From NCBI RefSeq assembly GCF_009914755.1, contig NC_060944.1: a DNA stretch of 64,000 nt. The stretch is one strand, 5' to 3'. The stretch is from the human T2T-CHM13v2.0 reference genome, Homo sapiens. The position numbers were made by a program, and so were the translations under genes. Shown in pieces: positions 35,461 to 55,044 of the stretch. The notes beneath the pieces were generated by a model that saw only the letters and a program-made list of their open reading frames with translations, ran no database searches and was not told the origin of the DNA. Position 1 is the stretch's first letter; each line of letters starts with the position of its first letter.

Positions 35461-38400
35461 TGTCATTGACTTGACTGGTCTTCTGCTGAAGGAGCTATAG
35501 GTTAAATTAAAATAAAATGTGCTGTCACAGAATCCTTATCATCATGATTCAGAGTTGAGGTAATAAAGGTGGTAGAACTTATCTGTAATTCTCCTTTAGT
35601 TCTACAACCACATATGCTCTAGATTTGTAAACAAATATTCATTTATTCTGTTGTATTCTACCACCACCACTTTGTTCCACAAAAGGTTATACAGCAGATT
35701 TTTATTTATTTAACCATTAAGAGTGTCTCCCCGTGTATTGGAATCGGCTAGGAAATATTCGTAATTGCTACACTTTTCTATATAAAAAGGGACTTGAAGC
35801 AGACTCAGGGCCAACACAATGTAGAATCTGTTTCTTCTAGCTTTATTTCTCCCTGTGCTGCTAGAGGTACCAAAGGGTTTGTCTCAACTGTTACTACCCC
35901 TGACATATTCCATTGATCTCTTTACTTTTCTCTGTTGTCTGTCAGTCTGTTTGTCAGACTTATCTCAAATGCCACGTTGTTTGCGCGTATTTCTCAAAGC
36001 CATCCATCAGGATACAATCTAAATCATCACAGCACATTCTGTCTTGTGACACTAAGCACAGACTGCCTGTGTTACATTTGATTGTGTGTTTCCCTTTTCT
36101 TCCACATATGTTTCAGTAGTAATTTCCTGGGCAACTTATGTGTGGCGGGCCTTGTTTGGGATCTTGGAAATAGAGAGATGAAGCTCTCCTACATAGTCTC
36201 ATTTACTTCCAATTTTGCTTTCTTGATAATTGGAGTAGCCTTTTCTAGCTTGTATCCCCTGCAGTACCTGATGCATTGCCTTGCTCAGGGTAATTCATAT
36301 ATATTTCTGAATTCAGTTTGGAATGAAAGGAGACAAGCAGGCACTTTTGAATCAAATCTGGTGCTGCCACTATGCAACTGTATATAAATCTAACCCAACC
36401 CCTGTGCGCCAGGTTCCTTATCTGTAAAACATGGATAATAACAACCATCTTACAGGATTGTTGTAAAGTTTAAAGATGAATTGTATGAAGCCTAGCAGAG
36501 TTATTGGCACGTAGTAGGTGCTCATGAAGTAGTTGTTATTGTAAGGGAGGTTCAGTCATTCCTTTAGGTCACTTGAGTGGGCAGTGGAAGCATTTAGGAT
36601 CTTAATTGTCTTTAGGGAAATGCTTACTTAGTCTGGGGGCTTCTCCGAGAAGCAGGCTCTGGGGAAGGTCTGGCTCATTGCTGATTAACTGTTCCCTTTT
36701 TAGAGTCAATGATCTGAGTCTGTGTTTTGGAACCACTTATATAATGTATACCACCTGTTATTTGTGTATTTTTAGAAGTGGGAGTCGGGTAATCCTAGTC
36801 CTGTCAGTAAAAGAGCAAACTGTTTACCAGAAGCAGAGCTTTTTTCTTAACACTGACTCACACTGACTCATCTTTCTCATTTTTCTTCCCACCGCCTCAT
36901 AACAACCTTGCAAGAGAGAGAATTTTTAGGGAATCAGTTGACTTACTTTTTTGTGATTTTCCAAAGTTGAAAGCTTGAAGGTATCAGGTCATTAATTCCA
37001 TCCCAGGAAAGGCTAAAGTTTATGCTGCCTCGGAGTGCCAGTATGACCAACGCCATGTAGTGAATATCTCACATAAACCCTTGTCTAGACAAACCACTTC
37101 TGTTGGCTGAGAGGTTAGACAAGTGCCTGAAGTGTACATGTTAAGAGTAAACACATTTTGCTCTTTGAAAATGGTTGCCTTAAGTTGAACCTGGAAAGTT
37201 TGCTCTTCTGAGATAGGAAACCCAAGCAGTATTAGAGTCAGAGCTGTGGTAGCTTCACAGATGGATTTCAGATAACAGAGAGGCCAGACAGCACATTAGA
37301 TCAGCAAAATGGTGAAGGAAGCTTTATAGATCAGAATGACTGATATCTTTGTGCCTTCATTTAACATTCATTAAATGAACATTTACTGATCATCTGTGAT
37401 ATACTTGGTGCTAGGGTTATGACAGTGACTAATAAAAACATAGTGCCTGCTGTCATGGACCTTATACTCTAATGCTCGTTTATAGTAAATGCTAAGGGAA
37501 CAGAGAGATGCCTTGGCCTGCATATGTGAACATGTTCCTGTGCACACGGGTGAGGGGAGGAAGGAAGGCTCCTTGGAGGAAAAGGCACCCAAGCTGAGTC
37601 TGGTGGGGTGAGTAGGCATTAACTAGGAGAAAAGGGTTAGTTAGGGGAATGTGGGGTTGGCTGAAGAGTATTACATGCTGAAATGAGCTATGAGTCTTGG
37701 GGTCGAGAGAAGAGCTTGCCCTTGGAGAAGCTGAAAAAAGTGACCAAAGGACAGTGAGAGGGAAGTTTGGCACAAAATAAATTCAGAGAAGCTAACAGTG
37801 ACAGCAGAGCATTGTAGACCAGTTTATTAATTTAAAAAAAAATTTTTTTTTTTTTGAGACAGAATCTTGCTCTGTCGCCCAGGCTGGAGTGCTGTGATAT
37901 GATCTCAATCTCAGTTCACTGCAACCTCTGCCTCGCAGGCTCAAGCAATTCTCGTGCCTCAGCCTTCCCAGTACCTGGGATTACAGGCACACACCACCAC
38001 GCCTGGCTAATTTTTTTTTTGTATTTTTAGTAGAGACAGGGTTTCACCATGTTGGTCAGGCTGGTCTCGAACTCCGGCCTCAAGTGATTCACCCACCTCA
38101 GCCTCCCAAAGTGCTAGGATTATAAGTGTGAGCCACTGTGCAAGGCCTAAAAAATTTTTTAATCCAGATAAATTTAACATATAGTGAAATGCTCATGACA
38201 AATGCATATACCTATGTAACCAACACCCCATTTTGAGTAGGAACTTTTAACTTGGTAGTCAGAGCAAGGGGAAGGATGGGTTTTTGAGCAGGGTCCAGAC
38301 TTGATGCTAATTGCTAGCTAAGAACTGGGACAAGGGTGAGGGGGTGAGGGGGTGGCAAGTACCAGTGGGGACAGAGCTGGAATAGGCAGTAGTTTGCTGG

Positions 38401-39658
38401 TGGGCAGGAGCTTCCAGCTTGGGGGCAAAAAACAGATTCTTGGTTTTCCTAACTTGTTTTTAGCAGAGGACAAACCTCTAAGTGCTTTGTAAGATCCAAA
38501 GTGTCTATGCAGAAGACAACAGACTGTGTTTTTTCAAAGATTTTCTGGGAAGACTTCCAGGCTACCTGCAGTTTGAAGAAAGTCTTCTGAAAAGGGCAGG
38601 GGGCGTGGGGGCACCTACAGAGACAGGATTTCCCCCAACTCGATAAGATACAGGAAAATAATCATCTTATTGATTTACTTTTGTTCTATAGTAATGTGAC
38701 ATTTTTTCTTTTCTGAGAGTAGGGTATTAAAAATTGTTACGGTTTTGGGTTTTACAGATTTGTTGAAGCTTAATATCATTTAAGTGTCCTATTTTAATAT
38801 CTGTTTTAATATCTGTATTTTTGACAGACTGCCAGAAATCATTTAACATGTTACTGTGCTATTTTTGTTGATGTTGTCATTATTATTTTTGTTGATGTTA
38901 TTCTTAAAGAAAAAAGAAAAGATACTATCGATAGAATTATCGTCAGTATTAGAAATTAAGAAATGTTTTAATTTCAATTGAAAACAAACAAGTAAACAAA
39001 CATGAAAATGTATTGAGAGATGTGTGTATTCTCTACCTTTGTTTTATTCCTTTTACAAAAACTATAAGGAATAGTGCTTAACAGTGTACTGTCAAAACAC
39101 TGACATCTATTTACAGGAAGTTCATTTCTGACCAGAATTGTTTGTTTGTCTCTCCAAAGCTTGCCAAATTCTATAGGTTTTATGTAAGTTTATAAATATT
39201 CTTGTAAACATTGGCTTTAAACTAAATCCTTCTAAATATCCAAACTACCATGTATCTTTCTGTGTCTAAATTCAGAGATACCATCCTGTTGGCTTTAGAT
39301 AAGTTACAGAGTAGTTTAGGCCCACATGATTTAAGCTCACCCACAGTTCTTTGTTGATACTTGAGGATTTCATCTGAAAAGCATCCTGTTCATACTCTGA
39401 AAATATTTCTTTCATCTTAGTACTCCCACTCATTTTGTGTGTGTATATGTGTATAGATTATTTTATTGTTCCACATATATGTATATTTATTTTTTGTCCA
39501 CTTGCTAGGGAACCTCATTTTTTTTAACAAGAAAATACTTGTGTGATAAGGTCATAAAACCCAAGAGTTGGGAGGAATATTAGAGACCTACTTTATTTAT
39601 TTTATTTTATTTTATTTTTTTGAGACGGAGTCTCGCTGTGTCACCCAGGCTGGAATAG

Positions 39659-39841
<183 letters not shown>

Positions 39842-40120
39842 TGATTCACCCGCCTTGGCCTCCCAAAGTGCTGGGATTACAGGCATGAGCCACCACACCC
39901 AGCCTAGAGACCTAATTTAAAGTTTATTGCTGCTTTATTACTCTGAACAACTACATCATTTATTACCTAAAATAATCTTTTTATTTTCTGTTCTCATTTA
40001 GCTGAATCTCTGAGCTTAAAAAAAGTGTGTTTGGCTTATATATCACATTATCCCACATATGTTACAACCAAAACTTAATTATTAGCCATAATAGTGTCTT
40101 TTGGCTAATATTAGTAGTAA

Positions 40121-40252
<132 letters not shown>

Positions 40253-40255
40253 TGA

Positions 40256-40456
<201 letters not shown>

Positions 40457-41007
40457 CTAAATTTGGATTCCAAGTGAAACATTTCTTTTTTTCTTTTTTA
40501 TTTATGGCAGAGTAGAGGGTTGATAGATATTTGTTGGCTTTATTAGTTTTCTCAAATTGGTATGTAAAAATAATACTAGATATATAGGTTTAAGTCTCCT
40601 TCATAAGATTTTCTTTCTTCTAAACCTTTGGAATATGCCATGCTTTTCAAAAAGCCCCACTCATTATTTTTATGATAGTGGAATAAAAGTCTCCAATTTG
40701 TCAAGCTCATTATTCAAGCCTTCCAGGATTGTTTGCAGTTTTAAAATAAACTGCTGGGGGTTTTATGCATCTTGCAATATGAGTACTTAATTAAAATTAA
40801 AAAGGGGGCCATGCATCTATCTATTCTATTAAGGTCGTATATAAATAAATGATTTTATTGGGATTTTCAGTGTATTTAGAGTAATCTATACTTAATGAGA
40901 GGGACTTGTACTTTTCATTTCTTTGTACTATTTTTCAGCCTTTCCTGAACAGTAAATGTTTTAAAAAAAACTATACCCTTATTCCTTGGTCTCTAAGAAC
41001 TGTGGTG

Positions 41008-41693
<686 letters not shown>

Positions 41694-42195
41694 TCAGGAG
41701 GCAGCCTTTGCATAGCAGAGGGACTAGGAACCTCACTATTTCTCCAAAGTTGACTAGCTTTCTATAAGATAACCCCCATAAAATCACTAGTCATTAGTAA
41801 TAAAACTTTGTCTTTAAATGACTATAATATTTTTAAAAAGGACAATGAATATGTACTCTATGCCATCCCTTTCCATACTGTAAATGTGTTTCTGAAAGGT
41901 ATGCTATTTAGATATACTTGAGTCCTATTCTAATATACGGAGAGGTTGCTTTTTAAATTGTCCTCATCATTGTGGTAGTAATAGTAATATTAGTAGTACT
42001 GGTAGTTAACATTTATGGAACACTTCATATATTTTACATACATAGCTTCCTTTAACCCTTATAATAATCCTATGAGTTAGGCATTTTATTCTCTCCATTT
42101 TGTGGGTGGGAGAACTGAGACTTGATATGTGGACTATATGATTGATCGATTGGTTGATTTTGGTAAAGTTCAGATATCTTTTGTCCTGTGCTTGA

Positions 42196-42783
<588 letters not shown>

Positions 42784-44019
42784 TGAATGGCCCTCAGTAT
42801 GTATAAGCACCTAAAGATTTCAGTTTATCTCAGCTTCAGAGCAGTCCATCTCATCTGCCTGTTTTTCTTCTTAAAATAAACTTTTAAAAAATAATTAAAG
42901 TTTTTAAAAGGTGCAGAATATTTAAGTAAGATTTCTTCTCCCCTTTCCCCTAAATCTCCATTCTCATTTCGTAGAAGTAAACCATTCTTAACAATTTCCT
43001 GGATAATTCTTCCAGAAATTATGCATGTCCAAACATAAATATAAAATCTATTGGTTGCTTAAAAAATCTATAAATGAGATCATATTATACAAACTATTCT
43101 ACTGCTATTGTTCACATAGATACATTTTATTCTTTTAAATGACTTCATGGTTGTATCACTTACAAACCTTTTGGCTTTGAGTAACAGAAGCAGGGAATGT
43201 ACAGAAGGGGTGTCAGACAAGGCTTCCAAATTATCAGAACCAAGGCAGGCCAGGGAATCATCATCCTGTTTTAGCTGAAGCAGCCAGGCCAGTATGTTGC
43301 CATCACTGCCCTTGGACACTGTCAGGAATAAATTCCAACTGTTCCTTTGTCATAGTGTCATTTTTTAAGGTTCAGAGTCCCAGTGAGACTATGCACAATG
43401 GGGAAGTACCCCCAAATAGAAAGAAGTGACTGGATGTTGGAAAACTTAAAAAATGATACATTTCCATTACATTGGTATTCTATTGTATAAACATGCCATA
43501 ATTTATGTATTAATAACTAGCCACTTCTTGGTGAATATTCAGATTGTCATATTCAATTTTTTACTAGCAAAAACCACTGCTGCAAAGAAAATTATTTATG
43601 TCTTTGTGCATTTTTGTAAGTATATCTGTGAGATTAATTTCAAGAAGACTGTGCTGGATCAGAGAGTATGTATATTTAACATTTTGATGTAGCGCCGGGC
43701 ATGGTGGCTCATGCCTGTAATTCCAAAACTGAGAGGCTGAGGTGGGCGGATCACTTGAGCTCATGAGTTCCAGACCAGCCTGGGCAACATTTTTTTCATG
43801 GGCAAAACCCGGAGAAGAAAATATGAAAAAAATACAAAAAAAAAAAGAAAGAAGGAAAGAAAAAAGAAAATTAGCTGGGCATGGTGTTGCACACCTGTAG
43901 TTCCAGCTACTCAGGAGGCTGAGGTGGGAGGATGGTTTGAGCTGGGGAGGCGGAGGTTGCAGTGACCAGAGATTGTGCCACTGCACAGGAGCCTAGGTGA
44001 TAGAGCCAGACCTTGTCTC

Positions 44020-44050
<31 letters not shown>

Positions 44051-44649
44051 ATACCATTGTGATGTATATTGTAATTCATGCTTAGAAGCTTTCACTGGTT
44101 TACACTCCCATCTACAAAGTGAACTGGCTTTTAACTTACAAGATACAAAGTTATTTATGGCCATATATTCAGCAAAAGCCACAAAGTGTCACACCAGGTG
44201 AAAAGGGAAGTCCAAGTTTCTGAGGTATAGAGTTTCAGTATTTATCAGGTAAGCATAGCTACCAAAGCCATTTTTGTTCTGGAAGCATTTGCTGATCCCG
44301 AGAAAGCATTTTTTAGGTTAAGCTGTATTTTTGGTGTCTTCATATATGAGGACAGAATTCTTAGCTTGTTGTCCGTCAAGGATGGGGAATCAGATAAACC
44401 ACTTTTTTAGTTTGAATGGAACCCCTAAGGGCATAAGAGGGAACTTGAACTAAGCCAACCCTCACAATAGCCTTGCCACCAAGCTTCTAGGTGTAGGGAA
44501 TGTAGACCAAGATCTTTCATCATTATGGTTCTCAAGTAATAATGCCATCAGGCAGCTGGCAGAAGCAAATGCAAATTTTCTCTCGAGGAAGATGTTATCA
44601 TCCCGGACATCAAAATAGTCCTCTAAATAATTTTTTATGTAATCACTAG

Positions 44650-47010
<2,361 letters not shown>

Positions 47011-47466
47011 CCCTTTTACTCAGGAAAATTTCTACATTTTACTATGAAAAATTCCCAACTATATATTAGCAGAGCACAATCCAATATTTTACTTATTATT
47101 GTAGTATAACAAACTACCAAAGTTTTGTGGCTTAGAACAACTGATTTTTTTTTTTTCCAGAGATTCTGTGGGTCGGAAGTTTGGACTGGGCACAACAAGG
47201 ATGGTTTGTTTCTGTTTTTGTCTAGGTTCCCAGCTGGGAAGACTCATAGGAGGGCTTGGAATCAAGCCCTTGGCTTGTTGATCTTTGTCGTGTCAATTTC
47301 TTGTTTTTCTTTTTTCTGAGACAGGATCTTGCTCTCTTGCCCAGGCTAGAGTACAGTGGCATAATCATAGCTCATTGTAGCCTCAGCCTCCTGGGCTCAA
47401 GCGATCCTCCTACCGCAGCCTCCTGAGTGGCTGTGACTACAGGCACATGCCACCACACCTTGCTAA

Positions 47467-47658
<192 letters not shown>

Positions 47659-49418
47659 TGATAGGAAATATAATTTCCTCTAGCCTGACATTTGATTTTT
47701 ATTTTGCTGATCATGCTTTTTGCCATGCAGAATATTTTTATACATAGTCAAATTTATTAATATTTCCTTTAATGACTTCTGGATTTTATATCATAGTACT
47801 TGGAAATACCTTCTCCATTGTGAGGTCATAAAATATGCCATGTGTTTTTCCAGTGCTTTTATGGTTTCATATTTTTACATTTGGATTTGTGGATCCTCCA
47901 GGAGCTATTTTTGGGGTGAGGTAAAAGACTACTTATTAACCTCGCTTTTCTCAGTCAGATGGAGAGATTAATTTTGACTGTGGAGAAGGGGGCTCTGGTA
48001 AAGTATCTTGATCATCTCTTAGGGTATGGGATTGTGAGGAATTACTCTCTTTTCACCCAAAGGAATTGGAATGAGCATCTGAAGTCAAAACTGCCTCTCC
48101 TCTACAGCAGGTGGGAAAAATTGTTTTAAACTGAATCCTTTTTCACTGTTCCTTCTCATTTCCTAAGACTTTCTGCTACCGTGGTATCACTGGCCTCATG
48201 ACATGTTATGATTTTGATCTCGTTTTTGTACTATTTTAGTGTTTTTTTTTTCTGATGTCATGAAAGGACACAGCTTCATTTTATGTATAAGCTCTCTCTA
48301 AATTGTGATATAGTGTTGAGTTACTGTGAATTCTAGCCGTTGTTATTATTATTTTTTTTAGAGATGGGGTCTTGCTGTGTTTTCCACAGCGAGAATCAGA
48401 GCTCCTGGGCTCAAGCCTCCTGCCTCAGCCTCTTGAGTATCTGGGACTACAGGTGTTCCCGGCTTTAGCCATTATTTCTAGGATCAGTTTTGGAGGGCTC
48501 TCCTTTCTTGTTTTGTTGTTTGATCCCAAGTCCATCTCAGGCAGTGGTCTTTCTGTAACTTTCTATAACACTCCATTCATTTATTATATTATAAGATAGG
48601 CTGTGAATATAGGAGAAAACAGACCTTCATGATCATGATTTCACATTCCTATCATTGTTCCAGACATGTATAAACCTCTCAGACCTTTGAGGCTTAGTCT
48701 AAGATAAGTCCTTTGAACAACCAGTAAAAATCATTAATAAAAATAAAGAAAATCAGCAATTCTTTTTCTTCATTAGGACGTGTTGACCTTGATACGAATA
48801 CTACTATGCTACTTGTTCTTGGATGAATGATACCAACTTTGACCTGGGCGCTTATGAAAATATTTTAAAGCATCACTTAAAAATTACCTTTCTCACCATT
48901 CTAACTAAAGCAATAGGTTTTGTGTGTTAGTGGGTTTTTTTCTAATGTCTACTTATGTTCATTTATTAAGCGCCTTCTGTTTGTCAGGCCTTCTGCTAGT
49001 GCTGGGACTATAGAGTTGAATAAAATATAAAATTTTCCATCTACTAAGGGAGATAGAATATAACAAGTAGTTATAATGTACAGTGCTGTGAACTATAATA
49101 GAAGTGTTATTGGGGGCATGTATTGGTCAGGATTCTTAGTAGCAAACAACAAAATTCACTGTAGTTGGCATAAGCAGAAAGGTAGTTTTAACATCTGTGC
49201 TTGGATGTTACACAGATGAAAGTGAAGCAATCACAGACAATATTTCCATGAGAAATGGTCAACCCCACTAAGGGGGACTCTTCTAGAGAAAACACCACTG
49301 CTGCCTTTACCAGCACTGGTGACATCAGATACTGGACATCAGAAACTGTCCCATAACAGTCCTAGAACATGGGCTTATAATTTTCTTTACGTTTTCTAGT
49401 GCAGTTAGATGCAGTTAG

Positions 49419-49739
<321 letters not shown>

Positions 49740-49900
49740 TAGGCTGGTCTCGAACTCCTGACCTCAGGTGATCTGCCCACCTTGGCCTCCCAAAGCACTG
49801 GGATTACAGGCGTGAGCCACCACACCCAGCCAATAGGTGATTATTTTAAAACTCTTACAACATTGCATGCCACTAACTACCCGCATCTCATTCTCTAAGA

Positions 49901-50127
49901 CAGAGATTGGGAAACTATGGCCTGCAGGCAAAATCCAGCCTGCCACTTGTTTTTGTAAATAATTAGTTTTATTGGAATACAGCTATGTTCATTTTGTTTA
50001 CACATTGTGTGTGGCTGCTTTTGCACTATAGTGGCAGAGTTGAGTAGTTACCACAGAGACCACAAAGCCTGAAGTACTTACTGTCTATCCACTTACAGAA
50101 AAAGCAGAAAAAGTTTACTAGCCGCTG
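49901..50127 (+). mobile_element. MER58A-like hAT element
   Basis: aaactatggcctgcagg.caaatccagcctgccac.tgtttttgtaaataa...ttttattggaa.acagc...gcagagttgagtagtt...cagagacc...acagaaaaag. Confidence 0.8.
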
Positions 50128-53100
50128 TTGTAATGCTTATTAAATTCTCTCTGCCTTTTAAGTCCAGCAGGTGAGGTAAATCAGTTTCTTTCAAACTTTT
50201 TGACTTTGAAAATAAGATGCACAATTTATATTATGACTCATGCATGCATATCATATATTATATGTAAATGAAACATTTTCTTCTTTTCATTCTATTCTAT
50301 ACCGTTTCATGTTTTGAAAAGTATGCTAGTCCCAGCTGGGCATGGTGGCTCATGCCTGTAATTCCAGCACTTTGGGAGGCCGAGGCAGGCAGATCACTTA
50401 AGGCCAGGGGTTCGAGACCAGCCTGGCCAACATGGCGAAATCCCGTCTCTACTAAAAATACAAAAATTAGCTGGATGTGGTGGTGCACACTTGTAATCCC
50501 AGCTACTCGGGAGGCTTTGGCAGGAGAATTGCTTGAACCCAGAAGGTAGAGGTTACAGTGAGCCAAGATTGTACTACTGTACTTCAGCCTGGGTGACAGA
50601 CCAAGACTGTCTCTAAATAAATAAATAAAAATAAAAATATGCTAGTCCCAGTCTACTAAATTGATTTCATGTTCCACAAATCAGTTGTAACCCATAGGTA
50701 CATGAATAGGCATGTTCCATTCATGAATTATCCAAGATCTGTTTCATTTCCTTAGGAGTTTTGTCTGCATTCCCTTCTGGTTTCCATTACTCAATCTGTC
50801 AGGATTCTCAGGTGCTACTAACAATAAGTGTCTGCTCCAGCTGGTTTAAGCAGAAAAGCATTTCTTAAAAAAAAGTAGGGATCTTACAGAATCTTATAGA
50901 GGGCCAGATAACAGATCCTAGTGCTACCTAGATGGCAGTTAAGCAGCAAATGAAATGCAGGCTGGGGAAAGCCATCTAACTACACCATGAGACTTCCCTA
51001 GAGAAAACCCTATTCCTGCCATTGCGCAGCACCTGTGACCCTAGGGTCTGGCTACCAGATATCCTGCAAGGTCAGCCCCGTAAGAACTCAGTCTCTGTGA
51101 TTGTCTCACCAAAGCTCCTTGAAGGAGGGCTCTCCTGGCTCAGGAGCTCAGAGGCTGCTCAGGGCATTTCTACCTTTTGGAATCCTGCTTCATTTTCATC
51201 TCGCTGTTCTAAAACTCCTAATTTTTCTTCTCCTATTTTATTTTCCTTTTCTTCAGCTATCTACTTTGCTCCTTTCCTTCTCCTTTTCCTTTATCCTCAT
51301 ACTCATCTTGGCCATTCCTATCATCAGGTGGCGTAACTCAAGGCTGAGGTCCCTGAACAGAGCTTAGAGCTCATTTCTTCCCACTTTCAGTGTACCTTCA
51401 ACGGCTTTTCTAGCTACTCCTCATTGAGGTTGTCCAGCTTGTGTTTCTTGTGCACCTTCCAGTGCCGGGCACAGGCTGGGCAGCACACCTTCTGGGCCAG
51501 GCCCAGGATTAAGAACAGGAGCAGGGCCCTAGAGACTGAGACTGTTCCCGGCTGACAGAGTGTGGCTTATGTCTCTCTTCACCATTTTTAATGGCCAGAC
51601 AATGTGTTTGATATTTTGATTATTTCTATTATTTCACTATTATAAATAACTCTGCCTGTAATCCCAGCACTTTGGGAGGCTGAGGCTGGCAGATCGCCTG
51701 AGCCCAGGTGTTTGAGATCAGCCTGGGCAACATGGTGAACCCCCGTCTCACAAAAAAAATACAAAATGAGCTAGGCATGGTGGCGCATGCCTGTAGTCCC
51801 AGCTATTCAGGAAGCTGAAGTGGGAGGATCACCTGAGTCCGGGAGGTCGAGGCTGCACCATGATCATGCCACTGCACTCGAGCCTGGGTGACAGAATGAG
51901 ACCCTGTCTGAAAATAAATAAATAAATAACTCTGATATAAATGTCTCTCTCATTTATAAGTCAGTGTATGCACATTTTGTAGCACTTGGTATGTATTTTC
52001 CAAAGGAACTTAAAAATAACTTTTCGTATTTTTTCTTTTTGTAGAAGTAATGCTATATTTTAGTGTAAAATACTATTTTATAGAAAAAATTTAAAATACC
52101 AATAAGAAAATAAAAATTACCCACAGTGTCATCATCCTGATATGCTACTGATTAATAGTTTCTTCCATTTTTTTCTACTTTCCGTTTTACAGACATGAGC
52201 CCCTTCTACATATAGGGGCTCACCTTAACATTAAAGTGAGACTTTTTTTTTTTTGAGACAAAGTCTTACTCTGTCGCCTGGGCTGGGGTACAGTGGCACA
52301 ACCTCTGCCGCCTGGTTTCAAGTGATTCTCCTGCCTCAGCCTCACGAGTAGCTGAGATTACAGGCACCTGCCACCGCGCCTGGCTAATTTTTGTAATTTT
52401 AGTAGAGACGGCGTTTCACCATCTTGGCCAGGCTGGTCTTGAACTCCTGACCTTGTGATCCACCTGCCTCAGCCTCCCAAATTGCTGGGATTACAGTCGT
52501 GAGCCACTGCACCTGGCTCTTATGTGACTATTTTTTTTAATGTCATCAGATATTCTTCGATAGTATCATTTATTGTGACTGTGTAATATTCCATTCTGTA
52601 GATTTACCAAAGTTTATTTAACCACTGCCTAATAGTGGACTTTAAGGATTTTCAGTTTTACAGTTTTCTGAACAGTGCTGAAGTGAACAACTTTAAGTCA
52701 AGTCTTTGCACACACATCTATAGTGGTTTCTCTTGGATAGATTCTTAGATGTAAGATGAGTGGGTCAGAGAGCATTTACATTTTTTAATTAAGAAACTTT
52801 ATTTTTTAGACCAGTTGTAGGTTCCCAGTGAAACTGCACAGCAAGTACAGAGAGGTCCCATGTCCCCCCTACATTTTTAAGGATTTCAGCACATATCGTC
52901 AAATTGCCCTTTAGGAATGTTGTACCGTTTTCCATTTTCACCTACATTTTCTCATATCTCTGCAACACTGAGAAATATCATTTAAAAGAAATCTTTGATA
53001 AGGCACATGTCTAGTAGAATACCTATTCCAGTCAAGCTAAGACTAAATTTTCTCTCTCCTGAAATTTATATTTACATTATTCAGTCCATTATTATTTATT

Positions 53101-53395
53101 GTGGTTAGTGATCACACAGTTCCACCAACCTTCCTTCTTTGGCCAATTTAACAAAAATTATAAAACTAATACATAGACACAAAAATAAACATTCAGAACA
53201 GAAAGATATAGCGATGAAAGTAAAAAAAATCCCCACTTGCTTTAGCCAGGCCTTCTGAAAGCGGTTTGTTTTTTACTTTAATGCTTTTTTGTAATTGTGG
53301 TGGTTACTTCCAAAACTGTAAATAAAATATACATAAACATGTAATTTTTATTTTTTTTGTTATTTTATTTTGTCATTTTATTTATTTTTTTTTGA

Positions 53396-53608
<213 letters not shown>

Positions 53609-54784
53609 TAAATGTAGGCTGGGCTCAGTGGCTCACGCCTGTAATCCCAGCACTGTGGGAGGCCAAGGCATGAGGATTACTTGAGACCAGAAGTTTGAGA
53701 CCAGCCTGGCGACACAGTGAGACCCTGTCTCCACAGGAAATGAAAAAAATTAGCCAGGAATGGTGGTGCATGCCTGTAGTCCTAGTTATTCCAGAGGCTG
53801 AGTTGTGGGAGAATCACTTGAGACTAGGAGTTTGAGGTTACAGCGAGCTATGATGATATCACTGCACTCCTGCCTGAGTTACAGTGCAAGACCCTGTCTC
53901 GAATGAATCAATAAATATATCAGTAACAACAAAACATGGACTGTGAGCCAGGTACTATGCATAGTCTCATTAAATCCTCATAGTGTCTGAGATGGGGGCC
54001 CTTGTTTACCAAAACGTAAACTTGAACCTTATGGCTAACTGGTGACTTGCCTAAACATTTCCAGTATTTCCTATGATAAGTTGTATGCAATAAATAAGAT
54101 GTATCTAATTATGTGTTCTTGTGTGATCATCTCCATTTAATACATTTCCACAACTAGGATGGTTTGGTTTAAAAAGTGTGCACATTTAAACTATTTAAAC
54201 TTTTGTATCATCCTGAGGGAGGTAGTTTAGAGTGTGGACTTTGTCGTCATACATACCAGTATTTAGATTCTGACTGCCACTTACTGGCCACTCACTAAAA
54301 TGAAACTGTACATCAGTTTACCTATCTCTAAAATGGAAGGATAACAGAAGCCTCATATGGCTGTGAAGATTAAATGAGATGCTGCTGCAATGTCCCTGGC
54401 TAGTGTGCAGCACCTAGGAAGAATGGTGTCCAAGACAGACCAGGCCCCTCATCTCATAGAACTGATATTTTAATGTGGGACAGGAGGAGGCAGCAGTGAA
54501 AGGCAGTAAAGAAATGAATGAACAACAAAAAAAAGTGGTGCTGTATGGACGCTTAACAGAAAGTGACATGATAGGTAGATGGGTGGTTATTTTAGGTTGG
54601 GTGGCTTGGGAAAGTTTTTCTGAAGAAGTGACATCTCAGCTAAGGTCTCAGTGATAAGGATAGTTTTATAATTCAAAAATTCCTAGAAATAAAAACATGG
54701 GATCAAACATTACATGCATTAGGCCAGGCACCGTGGCTCACGCCTGTAATTCCAGCACTTTGGGAGGCCGAGGCGAGTGGATCA

Positions 54785-55044
<260 letters not shown>

